Virus record (IMG/VR): IMGVR_UViG_3300036766_002286
Reading direction: 5' to 3' (one strand)
Length of the DNA: 64,000 bases
From: a virus
Taxonomy: Duplodnaviria > Caudoviricetes
Shown here: positions 31,357-40,376 of the stretch, one piece after another
Layout: the number at the start of each line of letters is the position of its first letter
Numbering within the stretch: the stretch's first letter is position 1
The notes under the pieces: model-generated
Seen by the model: the letters and a program-made list of their open reading frames with translations, nothing else
Told to the model about the DNA's origin: nothing
Databases searched by the model: none
Position numbers and translations under genes: made by a program

Positions 31357-31988
31357 TAGAAAATACAACTACACAACTAACAATACCAAGCATTGCCCTC
31401 GAACTACTAGCCACAACCAATGATATAGACTTAAAAGATATATCATGTCTAGAATTTGGCAACACAGTTGAAATTGACATGCATAACTTAGCTATTAACA
31501 ATCCAGCTTTAGCTCACCAGTTAGAAACATACTATAACTCTGCTCTCACCCTGTGGGACAACATGTCTGCTGGTCTGCCATACCAAGGCATTTTAGTTAA
31601 AGTACCTTTAGTAGATACTATACAAAAAGATTCTAAAGAAGACAGCTACCAGCTTACCTTAGAGCTCAAGGATTTAGACGCCATGCCGGCAACCAGAAAC
31701 TTAACAACCCTATTTCAGGCTTTACCACATCCAAGCAACATACCCTATCTAAAAGATCCTGCAACAATGACAGCGACAACAAAAAAGACATTAAAAACTC
31801 TCAATACTAAAATTTATGCTGATACCTGGCCTCTCTCTATGGGCGGCCCAAAACGCCCGGGCGAGCTATATAGAGAACTTACCTTGCATGCCAACTACTC
31901 CAAATGGCGCGACACACGCTCACGCCGTTTCACGCGAATGATAGTTACCGCCACCGAAGTATGGCCAGATCCCAAAACGACAAATTAA
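31353..31988 (+). CDS. Hypothetical protein
   Basis: ATGA overlap with the upstream gene; 211 aa. Confidence 0.7.
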   Translation: MIENTTTQLTIPSIALELLATTNDIDLKDISCLEFGNTVEIDMHNLAINNPALAHQLETYYNSALTLWDNMSAGLPYQGILVKVPLVDTIQKDSKEDSYQLTLELKDLDAMPATRNLTTLFQALPHPSNIPYLKDPATMTATTKKTLKTLNTKIYADTWPLSMGGPKRPGELYRELTLHANYSKWRDTRSRRFTRMIVTATEVWPDPKTTN

Positions 31989-32127
31989 TCATTTTATCTC
32001 AGGTTCACAGCATACTCACAAAACACATACAGGCATAAATAGTCTCAATCTCACATTTGAAGACACAAACCATTCACAACATAACATCCGAATCAGCTCT
32101 ATAAAACTTCTCAATAACGCTTAGATC

Positions 32128-32227
32128 TCGGCAAGTTACTTTCAAAACCACCAGCAAATCTCTTTAATTAACTTGCCGACCATTGCTACTTCAGAACATA
32201 TAATACAAAGCAAGCCTCGGCAAGCTA
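32128..32227. repeat. Three copies of TCGGCAAG(T/C)TA in alternating orientation
   Basis: Plus at 32128-32138, minus at 32169-32179 (perfect 11-bp inverted repeat, 30-bp spacer), plus at 32217-32227. Confidence 0.65.
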
Positions 32228-32651
32228 ATATAGAATACCAAACACCACAAACTCTATATAAAATATAAATAAAACCCACAACAACATTATGAACAAAATA
32301 GAGCAACCGACTCTAAATATTATCCTCAACAAAGAGGGTAACTACTATACATCTATCTACTTAACTCACTCTCTAATTAAGCTAGTAACAAACTTTCAAT
32401 CTCTAATCTAAGCATCATTTCTTACTATAATACTAGTCTTTAATATGCGGAAACTCACAAAATAATAACACAGCATCAAGCCTCTTTTATCATAATTCTT
32501 CTATCTCTCTTCTCTCTTGGTCCACACATCCTACTAGTTTCGTTCGTTTCAAAGCTACCTGGGTTTGCTTAAATCTCGGGCCACCGGTACCTCTTATTCG
32601 GATTTTAGGCGCGTCGCCAATCTCACAGGCGCCCGTTCAATAAGTTTCTAG

Positions 32652-33356
32652 CTAGCGGGTATTCGCGTCATTGTAGTTCACATTGTCTAAATTGGCGCCC
32701 ATAAACTTCGTACCCTCACAAATTGTGCTACCAAGATCTGCGCCACTTAGATTCGCGCTTGTCAGGTCTGCTCCACTCAAATCCGCCCACCTCAGGTCAG
32801 CGCCCCGCAGATCCGTATTACATAATACAGCTCGACTGAAGTTCGCGCTCGCAAAATCAGCGTACGACAGATTAGCATTTTTTAGTGCTGCATCGCTGAA
32901 ATCAGCCATCACCGCCCTTCCAAATGACATGTTGGCTTTTTCTAGTAATGCTCCAGAAAAATCAGCCTGGAGCGCGTTAGTGTTTATAAGTATTGCTCCT
33001 CGCAGGTCCGCGCCTACAAATGTTACATTCATAAGCAAAGCTTGCAACAAATTTACATTTAGCATTGTCACTTTCGTGAGGTCCGAACCCCACAGGTTTA
33101 CTCCTGCCATGTTGGCGCCTGTAAAATTTGCTCCTCGCGCATCAACAGCGTCCAAAGTTGCCATACTTAGATTAGCATTGCTCAAATCTGCCCCACATAA
33201 ATTAGTGTCATCCATGTCGGCTCTGCTCAGATCCGCTCCAAGAAGCTTCGCTCCTTTTAAGTTCGCACCCTGCAGATCTTTACCTATCCATGATTCACTC
33301 CAAACAAGTTTCATAGTGTCCGCGTTTCTGTCTATATATGTAACGTCCGCTTTCAT
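32652..33356 (-). CDS. Pentapeptide repeat protein (dispersed copy)
   Basis: A(N/D)Lxx repeats and N-cap TYIDRN; likely start MKADV. Confidence 0.93.
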   Translation of the reverse strand: MKADVTYIDRNADTMKLVWSESWIGKDLQGANLKGAKLLGADLSRADMDDTNLCGADLSNANLSMATLDAVDARGANFTGANMAGVNLWGSDLTKVTMLNVNLLQALLMNVTFVGADLRGAILINTNALQADFSGALLEKANMSFGRAVMADFSDAALKNANLSYADFASANFSRAVLCNTDLRGADLRWADLSGADLTSANLSGADLGSTICEGTKFMGANLDNVNYNDANTR

Positions 33357-33372
33357 AGGCTTTCTAGCTCTA

Positions 33373-33759
33373 TTAGCCACGCGCAGCATCGTCTGCTGGC
33401 GCATCACACCATTTTCCGTCAGTTCCGACAAGTTGTGTTGTACTTACCCCATTAACGTCCTTGGTATGCCACGCCCACTTACAACATGGAACGTTCATTT
33501 CATCTGAAACAGGGTGACCGCCTTTTAAAATTGTTTCACCCAGCTTAGGAAACAGTTCAAGAAATTTTACGATACAGTCATGGCATAGGTTCCACTCCAC
33601 GCCGGATTCTTCCATATGATCATCAAATCCTCCATAGTAACCAAAAATTTCAGGTCTTAAGTACCAGCCATTATCACAAAGATTTTTCTGCTGCGTACTC
33701 GCTTGTTTGTTTCCACAAGCAGAACATTCTACTAGTTCGGGGTTTGTTGTTGTATACAT
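33373..33759 (-). CDS. Hypothetical protein with Cys pairs
   Basis: GGAG RBS before 33759; CSAC and CHDC pairs. Confidence 0.7.
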   Translation of the reverse strand: MYTTTNPELVECSACGNKQASTQQKNLCDNGWYLRPEIFGYYGGFDDHMEESGVEWNLCHDCIVKFLELFPKLGETILKGGHPVSDEMNVPCCKWAWHTKDVNGVSTTQLVGTDGKWCDAPADDAARG

Positions 33760-33850
33760 GTTTAATTCTACGCTCCTACTACAGTATTTATATAAAATCT
33801 TAAGATGCTTATCGTGCCAAATAGTTTCAAGTAAGCATGTATATGTGATA

Positions 33851-34489
33851 CTATTTTTGTACCTCAAAGGTCAATTCTGTGCGGTCAATTTCTTGTTGCT
33901 GTCCAGTATTCATTTGACGCAGTATAACAGTGCCCTTATCAACCTCTTGCTCTCCTATGATTACTACTAAATTGGCCCCGCTGCGTCCAGCGGCTTTCAT
34001 TTGTGCTTTCATACTGCGATTATCATAGGCTCGGTCAGTTCTGATTCCAGCGTCTCTAAGTTCTTGACATATCTGGGCTGCGTTCATTCCGCCAGTAGTG
34101 TCTACAACAAACACGTCCACTGCCACACTCGGCGCACAAAATACTCCCTCAGCATTACATGCAAGCAGTGTTCGATCCAATCCCAAAGCAAATCCAACCC
34201 CAGGAGTACGGGGGCCGCCCAAAGTTTCTACAAGTTCATCATAGCGGCCACCGCCTCCAATTGCTGTGTTAGCTGATTTCAGAGCTGTCGAAACGAATTC
34301 AAAAGTGGTTCTCTGGTAATAATCAAGGCCACGCACCAGTCTGTCGTCTATACTAAATTTCACGCCTAAAGTATCAAGTATATTTATGATTGTCTCAAAT
34401 TGCCGTTTGGCGTTAATAGAAAGAAAATCGCGCATGTAGGGGGCTTCTGCGATAATTAGCTGGTCTGCCTCTCGTTTAGAGTCAAGCAT
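33851..34489 (-). pseudogene. hisS: Histidine--tRNA ligase C-terminal half only
   Basis: LDSK, LVRGLDYY, GGGGRYD, GFALGLDR and the anticodon-binding domain are present. Motif 1/2 region is absent upstream. Confidence 0.88.
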
Positions 34490-34618
34490 AAAAAGAAGTA
34501 GGAATTTCAGTCATGTCGCATACAAGGTCATCGTTTTGTTCATAATAATGAGTTTCCGAGATTTTGCAAATAGGTCAGATAATTCCATACACCTAGTATC
34601 GGCACTAGACGCCCTTCG

Positions 34619-34834
34619 ATGGAACTCGATGCTACTAAACCTTGTACTGCTCGCAGCCCCATAACTGGAAAAGTGGCCAGATTCACAACAACTTCCCCTG
34701 AGTTCTATACTCTATTAAAAGAGATTAGTGCCACGAAATTTAATAAAAAGCTTGGTCGAGAGCTCAACGCCTTAGCCCGCGCCGACGCTAAATGGCTCCC
34801 GGTATATGATGCTTGGCAAGTATCTAAAATGTAG
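34619..34834 (+). CDS. Hypothetical protein
   Basis: 71-aa ORF filling an intergenic gap. Confidence 0.5.
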   Translation: MELDATKPCTARSPITGKVARFTTTSPEFYTLLKEISATKFNKKLGRELNALARADAKWLPVYDAWQVSKM

Positions 34835-34866
34835 TTACGTATTAACTCAAGTATTAATTCTCATAC

Positions 34867-36060
34867 TCAAGATATTTTATGAAAATAAGGCTTGAGACGG
34901 GCAACAGTTTCTACTATGAGCTGTCTGTCTATTTCTGTTTCGCTAATGTTGCTCCATTCCCCGCGCTCCGGGGCATCTAGAAGCTCTGCTACAATTAAGC
35001 GCATATATTGCCCGGGCGCTGGAGGATTTTTACATATCATTGTCTTGCCGTTCGGTGTTGTCCAAAAAAGATAAGGTTCTTGCCCTTTGCTGTAAATTTC
35101 GCACAGCTGTGTCGCCGCTTGGAGTTCTTCGTGTTCGGACTTCGGAAAGTCTGCTTTAATTTTTGCAGTCAAATTAACTGCTACTGGTAAAATATGAAGA
35201 TGCGCGTGTTTGACCGTCTGCCCAACAACACCGTGCTCAAACATTGTAATAGGGCACGGAATCGTTGCGTTATTAGGCAGGTATTCTAGGCAAAGAGCGT
35301 GCGATACTTCTTTAGTTATATTAGACATTGATTTTGATTGCTTACTTGTAAGTGCCCCCATACATGAAACATGATCTTTTGGAATTATAAGCACATAACC
35401 GCCAACTATCTGGCCAAGAGTGGCAATTACATACCAGTCGCTATTTTCAGTAATAATGCGATCTACAAACTTTGTCCGGTCACAGAAAACACAATTATTA
35501 TTCATTATAAAAGTACAACCTGTTTTCGTTCGCTTTACTGATTCCTGTTTTGGCGCATTTCTCTCAATGCGTGTCCAAATTGGCCGATACCCCGGCAAGG
35601 CCAGCTGCCAGTTAGAACTTCCAGCCAGAAGTTTACCACCTCCCGCTGACCAAATATCAGCACATACTTTTCCTGCAACTTGTTCATTGAGTGCTTTCCA
35701 TACGGTGCGTCCGATGTTTTGTCGTTGAAATGCCGTCTCCACAGCAATCGCTCCAACCCACCAACATATTCCAGTAGGCTCCGCATCAGATATTTTAAGT
35801 AGGTCGCTGGTGATTGTGCCATTCACTAATAATCTATAGGCGTCCTCACTGATCGCAAACGCGTCTGCAAATCCTAATAAGGTTCCTTGCCGCCGCGCTG
35901 TAACTGCTTTTACTGCCCCAACTTCCCACCATTTCATGAATTCTGCTGTTGGCCATGCGTCCTCTCCAAATAGCTGTCGATCGAGTGCTAGAATCTCGGG
36001 CAGATCTTCCTTTACAGCTATTTTGATTTGCAGGGGTTCAGTTTTGGCCTTTTGTACCAT
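34867..36060 (-). CDS. GNAT acetyltransferase-like domain fused to HIT/CwfJ-like hydrolase
   Basis: N-half IAV...FQRQNIG (acetyl-CoA motif A); C-half CVFC, FEHG and HAHLHILP. Confidence 0.8.
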   Translation of the reverse strand: MVQKAKTEPLQIKIAVKEDLPEILALDRQLFGEDAWPTAEFMKWWEVGAVKAVTARRQGTLLGFADAFAISEDAYRLLVNGTITSDLLKISDAEPTGICWWVGAIAVETAFQRQNIGRTVWKALNEQVAGKVCADIWSAGGGKLLAGSSNWQLALPGYRPIWTRIERNAPKQESVKRTKTGCTFIMNNNCVFCDRTKFVDRIITENSDWYVIATLGQIVGGYVLIIPKDHVSCMGALTSKQSKSMSNITKEVSHALCLEYLPNNATIPCPITMFEHGVVGQTVKHAHLHILPVAVNLTAKIKADFPKSEHEELQAATQLCEIYSKGQEPYLFWTTPNGKTMICKNPPAPGQYMRLIVAELLDAPERGEWSNISETEIDRQLIVETVARLKPYFHKIS

Positions 36061-36062
36061 TT

Positions 36063-37235
36063 TTAAGACTCTAGCGGCAAGCTGTCTACCAGTACTCCTA
36101 AAATCTCACGTGCAATTCCACAAGCATAGCGATCTGTCATAGAGTCCACATAACGCACTGCAAGAAAAGCCGGATCCTCTAATTCGTCCGGTGTACTAAT
36201 ATTATAAGTTCCGCTGCTTGTCGGCTTTTGATCTAGTATAAACTTTGTATTTTCTATATAATAGTCAACCAAGCTTGTTAGTGTTCCTATAGCTCTTTTT
36301 GCCTGCTGTAGAGATGCCTCTCTTAGATATATATTTTCAAAATTGTATGTACGAAACAAATTTAATATGTCAGCTGCTTCTTTATCCATACTTATAAAAC
36401 CGTTCTTACGTGTAGATTCTAATAGTCTTTTCATGAAAAAATCTAATTGTGTTTTTTGAGTGACGCCGGTGGCCGCAGAGATAGCCGCAGGCAAGTCATC
36501 CACTGTGATAACGTTTGTACGTACCGCATCGTCCCAGTCATGACAAACATATGATATACGGTCACTCCATGCTACTAACACACCCTCAGGAGTCGCTGGA
36601 CACGGTCTTTTCCATGAATGATTACGTACTCCATCAAGTGTTTGTGTACATAAGTTTAAAGATCTAAGTACTACGCCTGCTCCCCACACAGCATGATCAA
36701 ACCCGCCTTTAATGTACGGCGCAAAGGCCTCCTCTGCTGGATGTCCAAAAGGCCCATGTCCGCAGTCGTGGCTTAATGCTATAGCTTCACATAATGATCT
36801 ATTTAATCCTAACATAGAGGCCATATGTTTTGCTAAATGCGAAACTTCTAATACGTGGGTAAGTCGTGTGCGTATCATGTCGTTTCTGGGGGCAATAAAA
36901 ACCTGACATTTTCCCGCCATTCTTCGAAACACCGAGGACGCTTGTATCTTTTCTACGTCTTTTTCAAAACATAGAAAAAAATCGTCCGGAGTCTCGCTCG
37001 AAAGTCTATCTCCAGTAATACTAGACATTGTAGCCCCCAAGGCTAAAGTCTGGGTTTTTGCAGCACACCTTTGTTCTTGGGTAGCTCTATACGGCTCAAT
37101 TCGTAATTTCTGTGCTCCCTCATGGGACACCGCAGCCCCCTCTGTCATTACGCCAACAGAGGTGAGTGTAGAAATCACTGTTTCATGAAAATTGTCTAGA
37201 TCATCCATTTCATATAATATTGTGCCGAGGTACAC
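36063..37235 (-). CDS. dgt: dGTP triphosphohydrolase-like HD protein
   Basis: FRRMAGKCQVF, RTRLTH, HDCGHGPFGH, DRISYVCHD and MTDRYA motifs; start uncertain. Confidence 0.9.
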   Translation of the reverse strand: MYLGTILYEMDDLDNFHETVISTLTSVGVMTEGAAVSHEGAQKLRIEPYRATQEQRCAAKTQTLALGATMSSITGDRLSSETPDDFFLCFEKDVEKIQASSVFRRMAGKCQVFIAPRNDMIRTRLTHVLEVSHLAKHMASMLGLNRSLCEAIALSHDCGHGPFGHPAEEAFAPYIKGGFDHAVWGAGVVLRSLNLCTQTLDGVRNHSWKRPCPATPEGVLVAWSDRISYVCHDWDDAVRTNVITVDDLPAAISAATGVTQKTQLDFFMKRLLESTRKNGFISMDKEAADILNLFRTYNFENIYLREASLQQAKRAIGTLTSLVDYYIENTKFILDQKPTSSGTYNISTPDELEDPAFLAVRYVDSMTDRYACGIAREILGVLVDSLPLES

Positions 37236-37292
37236 AATTAAGTCATATATGTTTTTATTTTACTATATTCAGACTTTATATATGAACAGTAA

Positions 37293-38936
37293 CTAAAAAC
37301 ATAGATCAACGTACCCTTTTAAGGCGGCGTTGTTTATGCTAATTTTGATGAGGCACTCATTGTCTGGAGTCTCACCTAGCCCGTCTGCATTTGGGCGTGT
37401 GGGTGTTATCGCAGCAAATACACGGCGATCGAGAGCGCGTAGCGTCTTCGGGTCAGTTCCCCATCTCTGGGTAAACTGTTCGTCAATAACTTGCAGGACT
37501 CGGGATTTACCGAACCGCAAACTCACACTCGGACGCGTTCGTCGTGACTTCACTGTGCGAGCAGCTTCGATATCGGCGTGCCCTTTTCGTCCACAAAATT
37601 TGCAACGAAAATCTTCTTTAACTCTATTTCGGTCATCTACGAAACCACAACCGACACATTCCTGTGACGAATATGGTGCGGGGACAACCACAACCTCAAG
37701 ACCTACGTCTTGACTAAGGTCTTGAAGTTTTTGTTTCACCTGGCTGCGACCAGTACGGCTAATGATTCTGTTCAAACGTTTTGAGAGTCCGCCGTGACGA
37801 AAATCTAGTTCCTCGACAACAAGCATGCTCGGATCATAGAGGTCTACGATACGGTTCAAAGTCCGGTTGATCTCATTTTTCGCATACGCCCTGATCCGTG
37901 ACTGCATTGCTCGGTAGCGGTGTGAATTGCTAGGTTTAATTCCTTGACGCTGTAAGGCAGCAGTCAAGGCTGTGAGTTCACTATCAATGTTCAAAAGCCA
38001 GGTATAAAACGACTGTCCCATAAGATCGCCTTCGGAGGCGGCAAACAAGGTTTTCATGCCCCAATCAAGTCCTACTACTCCACCAGTAGGTATTGGGCGG
38101 GTTTCGGGGGTAACATCTTTCACCATACGGATGATCACAGGCCCAGTTTTAGGGACCGTGATTTGAGTCGCGTTAGTCCACACCCCGGTGCGTGCCTGTT
38201 CGTGAAATGTGGAACGTACCGGTAAGAGTATTGGTTTACCTTTAGTTAAAGTAGAGAACAGGAGCCAGTAGTCAAACCTATCAGCAGATTTGGATGCTTC
38301 CCATTGGCATACGATCCCGTCAAGTTTCATGGTGCGCGAATGCCGTAAGTTCGGGAGCCTCACTCGATGTTTACGGACGTGTTTCACAATTGAGCGCAAC
38401 AACTTCATGTCCTTGACACTAACCACATCAAACCTATCAGCAACTTTCACATACTTTCCTGTAGTCTCGTTGAGAACCGAACTTGGCACAAGGTAAGTAC
38501 CGTCAGATTCTGTGTGATACCAATGCTGAGCAGCATTCACATAGAGCAGCCGGCTTTTATCTTGGTGAGACAAGTGTGTAAGACTTTTGATAATCTTACG
38601 CACCTCAACACCAACAAGAGCAGCCCAGGAAGACAATGTTTCGCAGGCTTGATTATTCGCACTGCGTTTGTAACGTTCCGATAGGGTGGTTTCCAGAAGT
38701 TTTGGATTAGCACAGTTATATATCTTCTCCCCTGATAATACTCGTTGATACTGCATCGCGCAAGCCTTGACAAGTAGCGGCACATAAGCATGATAGACAG
38801 CACGAACTTGTTCCTCTTTACCGGCATTCATCGCGTGCACCATCTCAAAAGTACGTAAGACCCGGCCTTTAGGTTTTGCTTTACGAGACGGCTTCTTAGC
38901 CACAGCTACGGTCACGGACGCTACATTGACGGTCAT
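37293..38936 (-). CDS. tnpB: RNA-guided endonuclease TnpB-family protein (547 aa)
   Basis: Same RuvC and Zn-ribbon motifs as copy 1; clearly paralogous. Confidence 0.92.
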   Translation of the reverse strand: MTVNVASVTVAVAKKPSRKAKPKGRVLRTFEMVHAMNAGKEEQVRAVYHAYVPLLVKACAMQYQRVLSGEKIYNCANPKLLETTLSERYKRSANNQACETLSSWAALVGVEVRKIIKSLTHLSHQDKSRLLYVNAAQHWYHTESDGTYLVPSSVLNETTGKYVKVADRFDVVSVKDMKLLRSIVKHVRKHRVRLPNLRHSRTMKLDGIVCQWEASKSADRFDYWLLFSTLTKGKPILLPVRSTFHEQARTGVWTNATQITVPKTGPVIIRMVKDVTPETRPIPTGGVVGLDWGMKTLFAASEGDLMGQSFYTWLLNIDSELTALTAALQRQGIKPSNSHRYRAMQSRIRAYAKNEINRTLNRIVDLYDPSMLVVEELDFRHGGLSKRLNRIISRTGRSQVKQKLQDLSQDVGLEVVVVPAPYSSQECVGCGFVDDRNRVKEDFRCKFCGRKGHADIEAARTVKSRRTRPSVSLRFGKSRVLQVIDEQFTQRWGTDPKTLRALDRRVFAAITPTRPNADGLGETPDNECLIKISINNAALKGYVDLCF

Positions 38937-39031
38937 GGAGTGACCGGTAAAGCATTCACGAAAGTTTGTGCATAGACACCTGCGGAACGACAGTCGACTC
39001 GAACCGAAACCGGGTACTCGAACAACTTCAT
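38933..39031 (-). pseudogene. Remnant of IS607-type TnpA N-terminal HTH
   Basis: MKLFEY...RSAGVYAQT.FVNALPVTP* resembles the MKLxExAxxxGVxxxTAxxWFxxGxLPV start of IS607 serine recombinases. ATGA overlap with tnpB. Confidence 0.6.
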
Positions 39032-39093
39032 ACCTATACTATGCCTTACCTAGTAGATTATGCAACTATATAACACAATAAAGTTCCATAAAA

Positions 39094-39846
39094 CTAGGAA
39101 CTAGTACTAACACTTCCATCAGGCATAGTAGCACCTCTTAACTTGGCGTCTTTTAAGTTTGCTACACCCATATTAGCCTTATACAAGTTAGCCCCCTCCA
39201 GATTAGCTCCATGGAACTCGTTCTTATACAAAAGCGAAACAAAGTAAGCACCCTCGAGGTTAGCGCCACGCATGTCTGCGTCATTAAAATTAGCTCCGTG
39301 TATCTGGCTTCTTCGTAGATCAACACAGCCAAGGTCTGTGTTCTTAAAGTCAACATTAAACATATGGGTATCTATCATATTTGCTCCAAACATATCTGCA
39401 CCCTTAAAATAACAATTCTGCATAGATGCCCCTTGTAAATCCATCCGTCTCATTTTTGCATCTATAAAAGCACAAGTTTTTAATGTTGCTATTCTTGTCT
39501 TGCTTCCTCCTAAGACGGCGTCTGTCAAATCTGCGTTTTCAAATGACATATCTATCATAGTTACTTGTGTTAAATTAGCACCTCTGAGGTCTGCTTCTAT
39601 TAAACGCCCGTTGCCCAGTTGTGCCCCAGCAAGGTTAGCGTGTTGTAAATTCACTTTTGATAGTATAAAGTATTCTAGTCTAATTCTGGTCAAATCTTCT
39701 CCACTCAGGTCAATCTCTCACACATCACGCGTTATTTTCATATTCAAAAGTTCTGGTTTCAAAGCTTTTAATAACTGTCCTTATATATGTTGACGCCAGT
39801 CAGCAAGCTTTTCTAATAGTAGTTCTCGATTACATTTTTCCAACAT
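39094..39846 (-). pseudogene. Pentapeptide repeat protein, disrupted
   Basis: ATG at 39846 is in frame, with internal TAA (39781-39783) and TGA (39718-39720). The native tail HI* is displaced to 37276-37284 by the IS. Confidence 0.8.
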
Positions 39847-39886
39847 AGTAGCTCCAATAACGACCACTGCCCACTATCAGCGCCAA

Positions 39887-40348
39887 GTGTATACTCTAAA
39901 AGGAGCATTCATGGACGTAAATGATTTTATACAGCAGGAGTGCATTATGCAGCAAGCAGACACTCCAGAAGACTTTTGCCGTATGCGTGAGCTATACACT
40001 CTTGTACAGACCTATTCACCTATTCAAATATTAGAAAATCTTATTGAACTGGGAAATATTTTAGATCCCACAATCACTTCTTTTCGTGTGTTCCAAGCTT
40101 CATTTTCAAGTGGTCGTACTGCAATCGCTCCTGAGAATATTAGCCGCCAAATAACTTTGCTCAGTGAGCATATAAATGGTCTTACTATTCCGATAGCAGC
40201 TGACGCGGCTTTGTATATTTACCATCGTTTCGAAGATATACACCCGCTTCGCGACGGCAACGGCAGAATAGGTGCGGTTTTATATAATGCACTTTGCGGA
40301 ACTCTAAGTGATCCTACTTTTCCAGCAGAATCTATATACTGGCAATAA
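39887..40348 (+). CDS. Fic/Doc family protein
   Basis: HPLRDGNGRIG motif; likely start at ATG 39911 after AAGGAG. Confidence 0.88.
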   Translation: MYTLKGAFMDVNDFIQQECIMQQADTPEDFCRMRELYTLVQTYSPIQILENLIELGNILDPTITSFRVFQASFSSGRTAIAPENISRQITLLSEHINGLTIPIAADAALYIYHRFEDIHPLRDGNGRIGAVLYNALCGTLSDPTFPAESIYWQ

Positions 40349-40376
40349 CACCACAGTAATTATTCTTCCGCCACCA

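Larger units (their letters stand above)
37285..39112 (-). mobile_element. Non-autonomous IS607-like TnpB element, copy 2 (~1.82 kb), inserted in the last codons of a PRP gene
   Basis: AACA at 37285-37288 and 39109-39112. Excision restores ...MPDGSVHI*. Confidence 0.9.

Noticed and set aside
32683-33507. 274-aa plus-strand ORF and many similar antisense ORFs over PRP genes (e.g. 43991, 48004, 49444, 57973)
   Set aside because: Shadow frames produced by repetitive A(N/D)L codons on the opposite strand; no RBS or recognisable domain.
37285-39112. IStron (group I intron-IS607 chimera)
   Set aside because: Only ~80 bp separate the left end from the first ATG, too short for a group I catalytic core. 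Copy 1 is antisense to its host gene.
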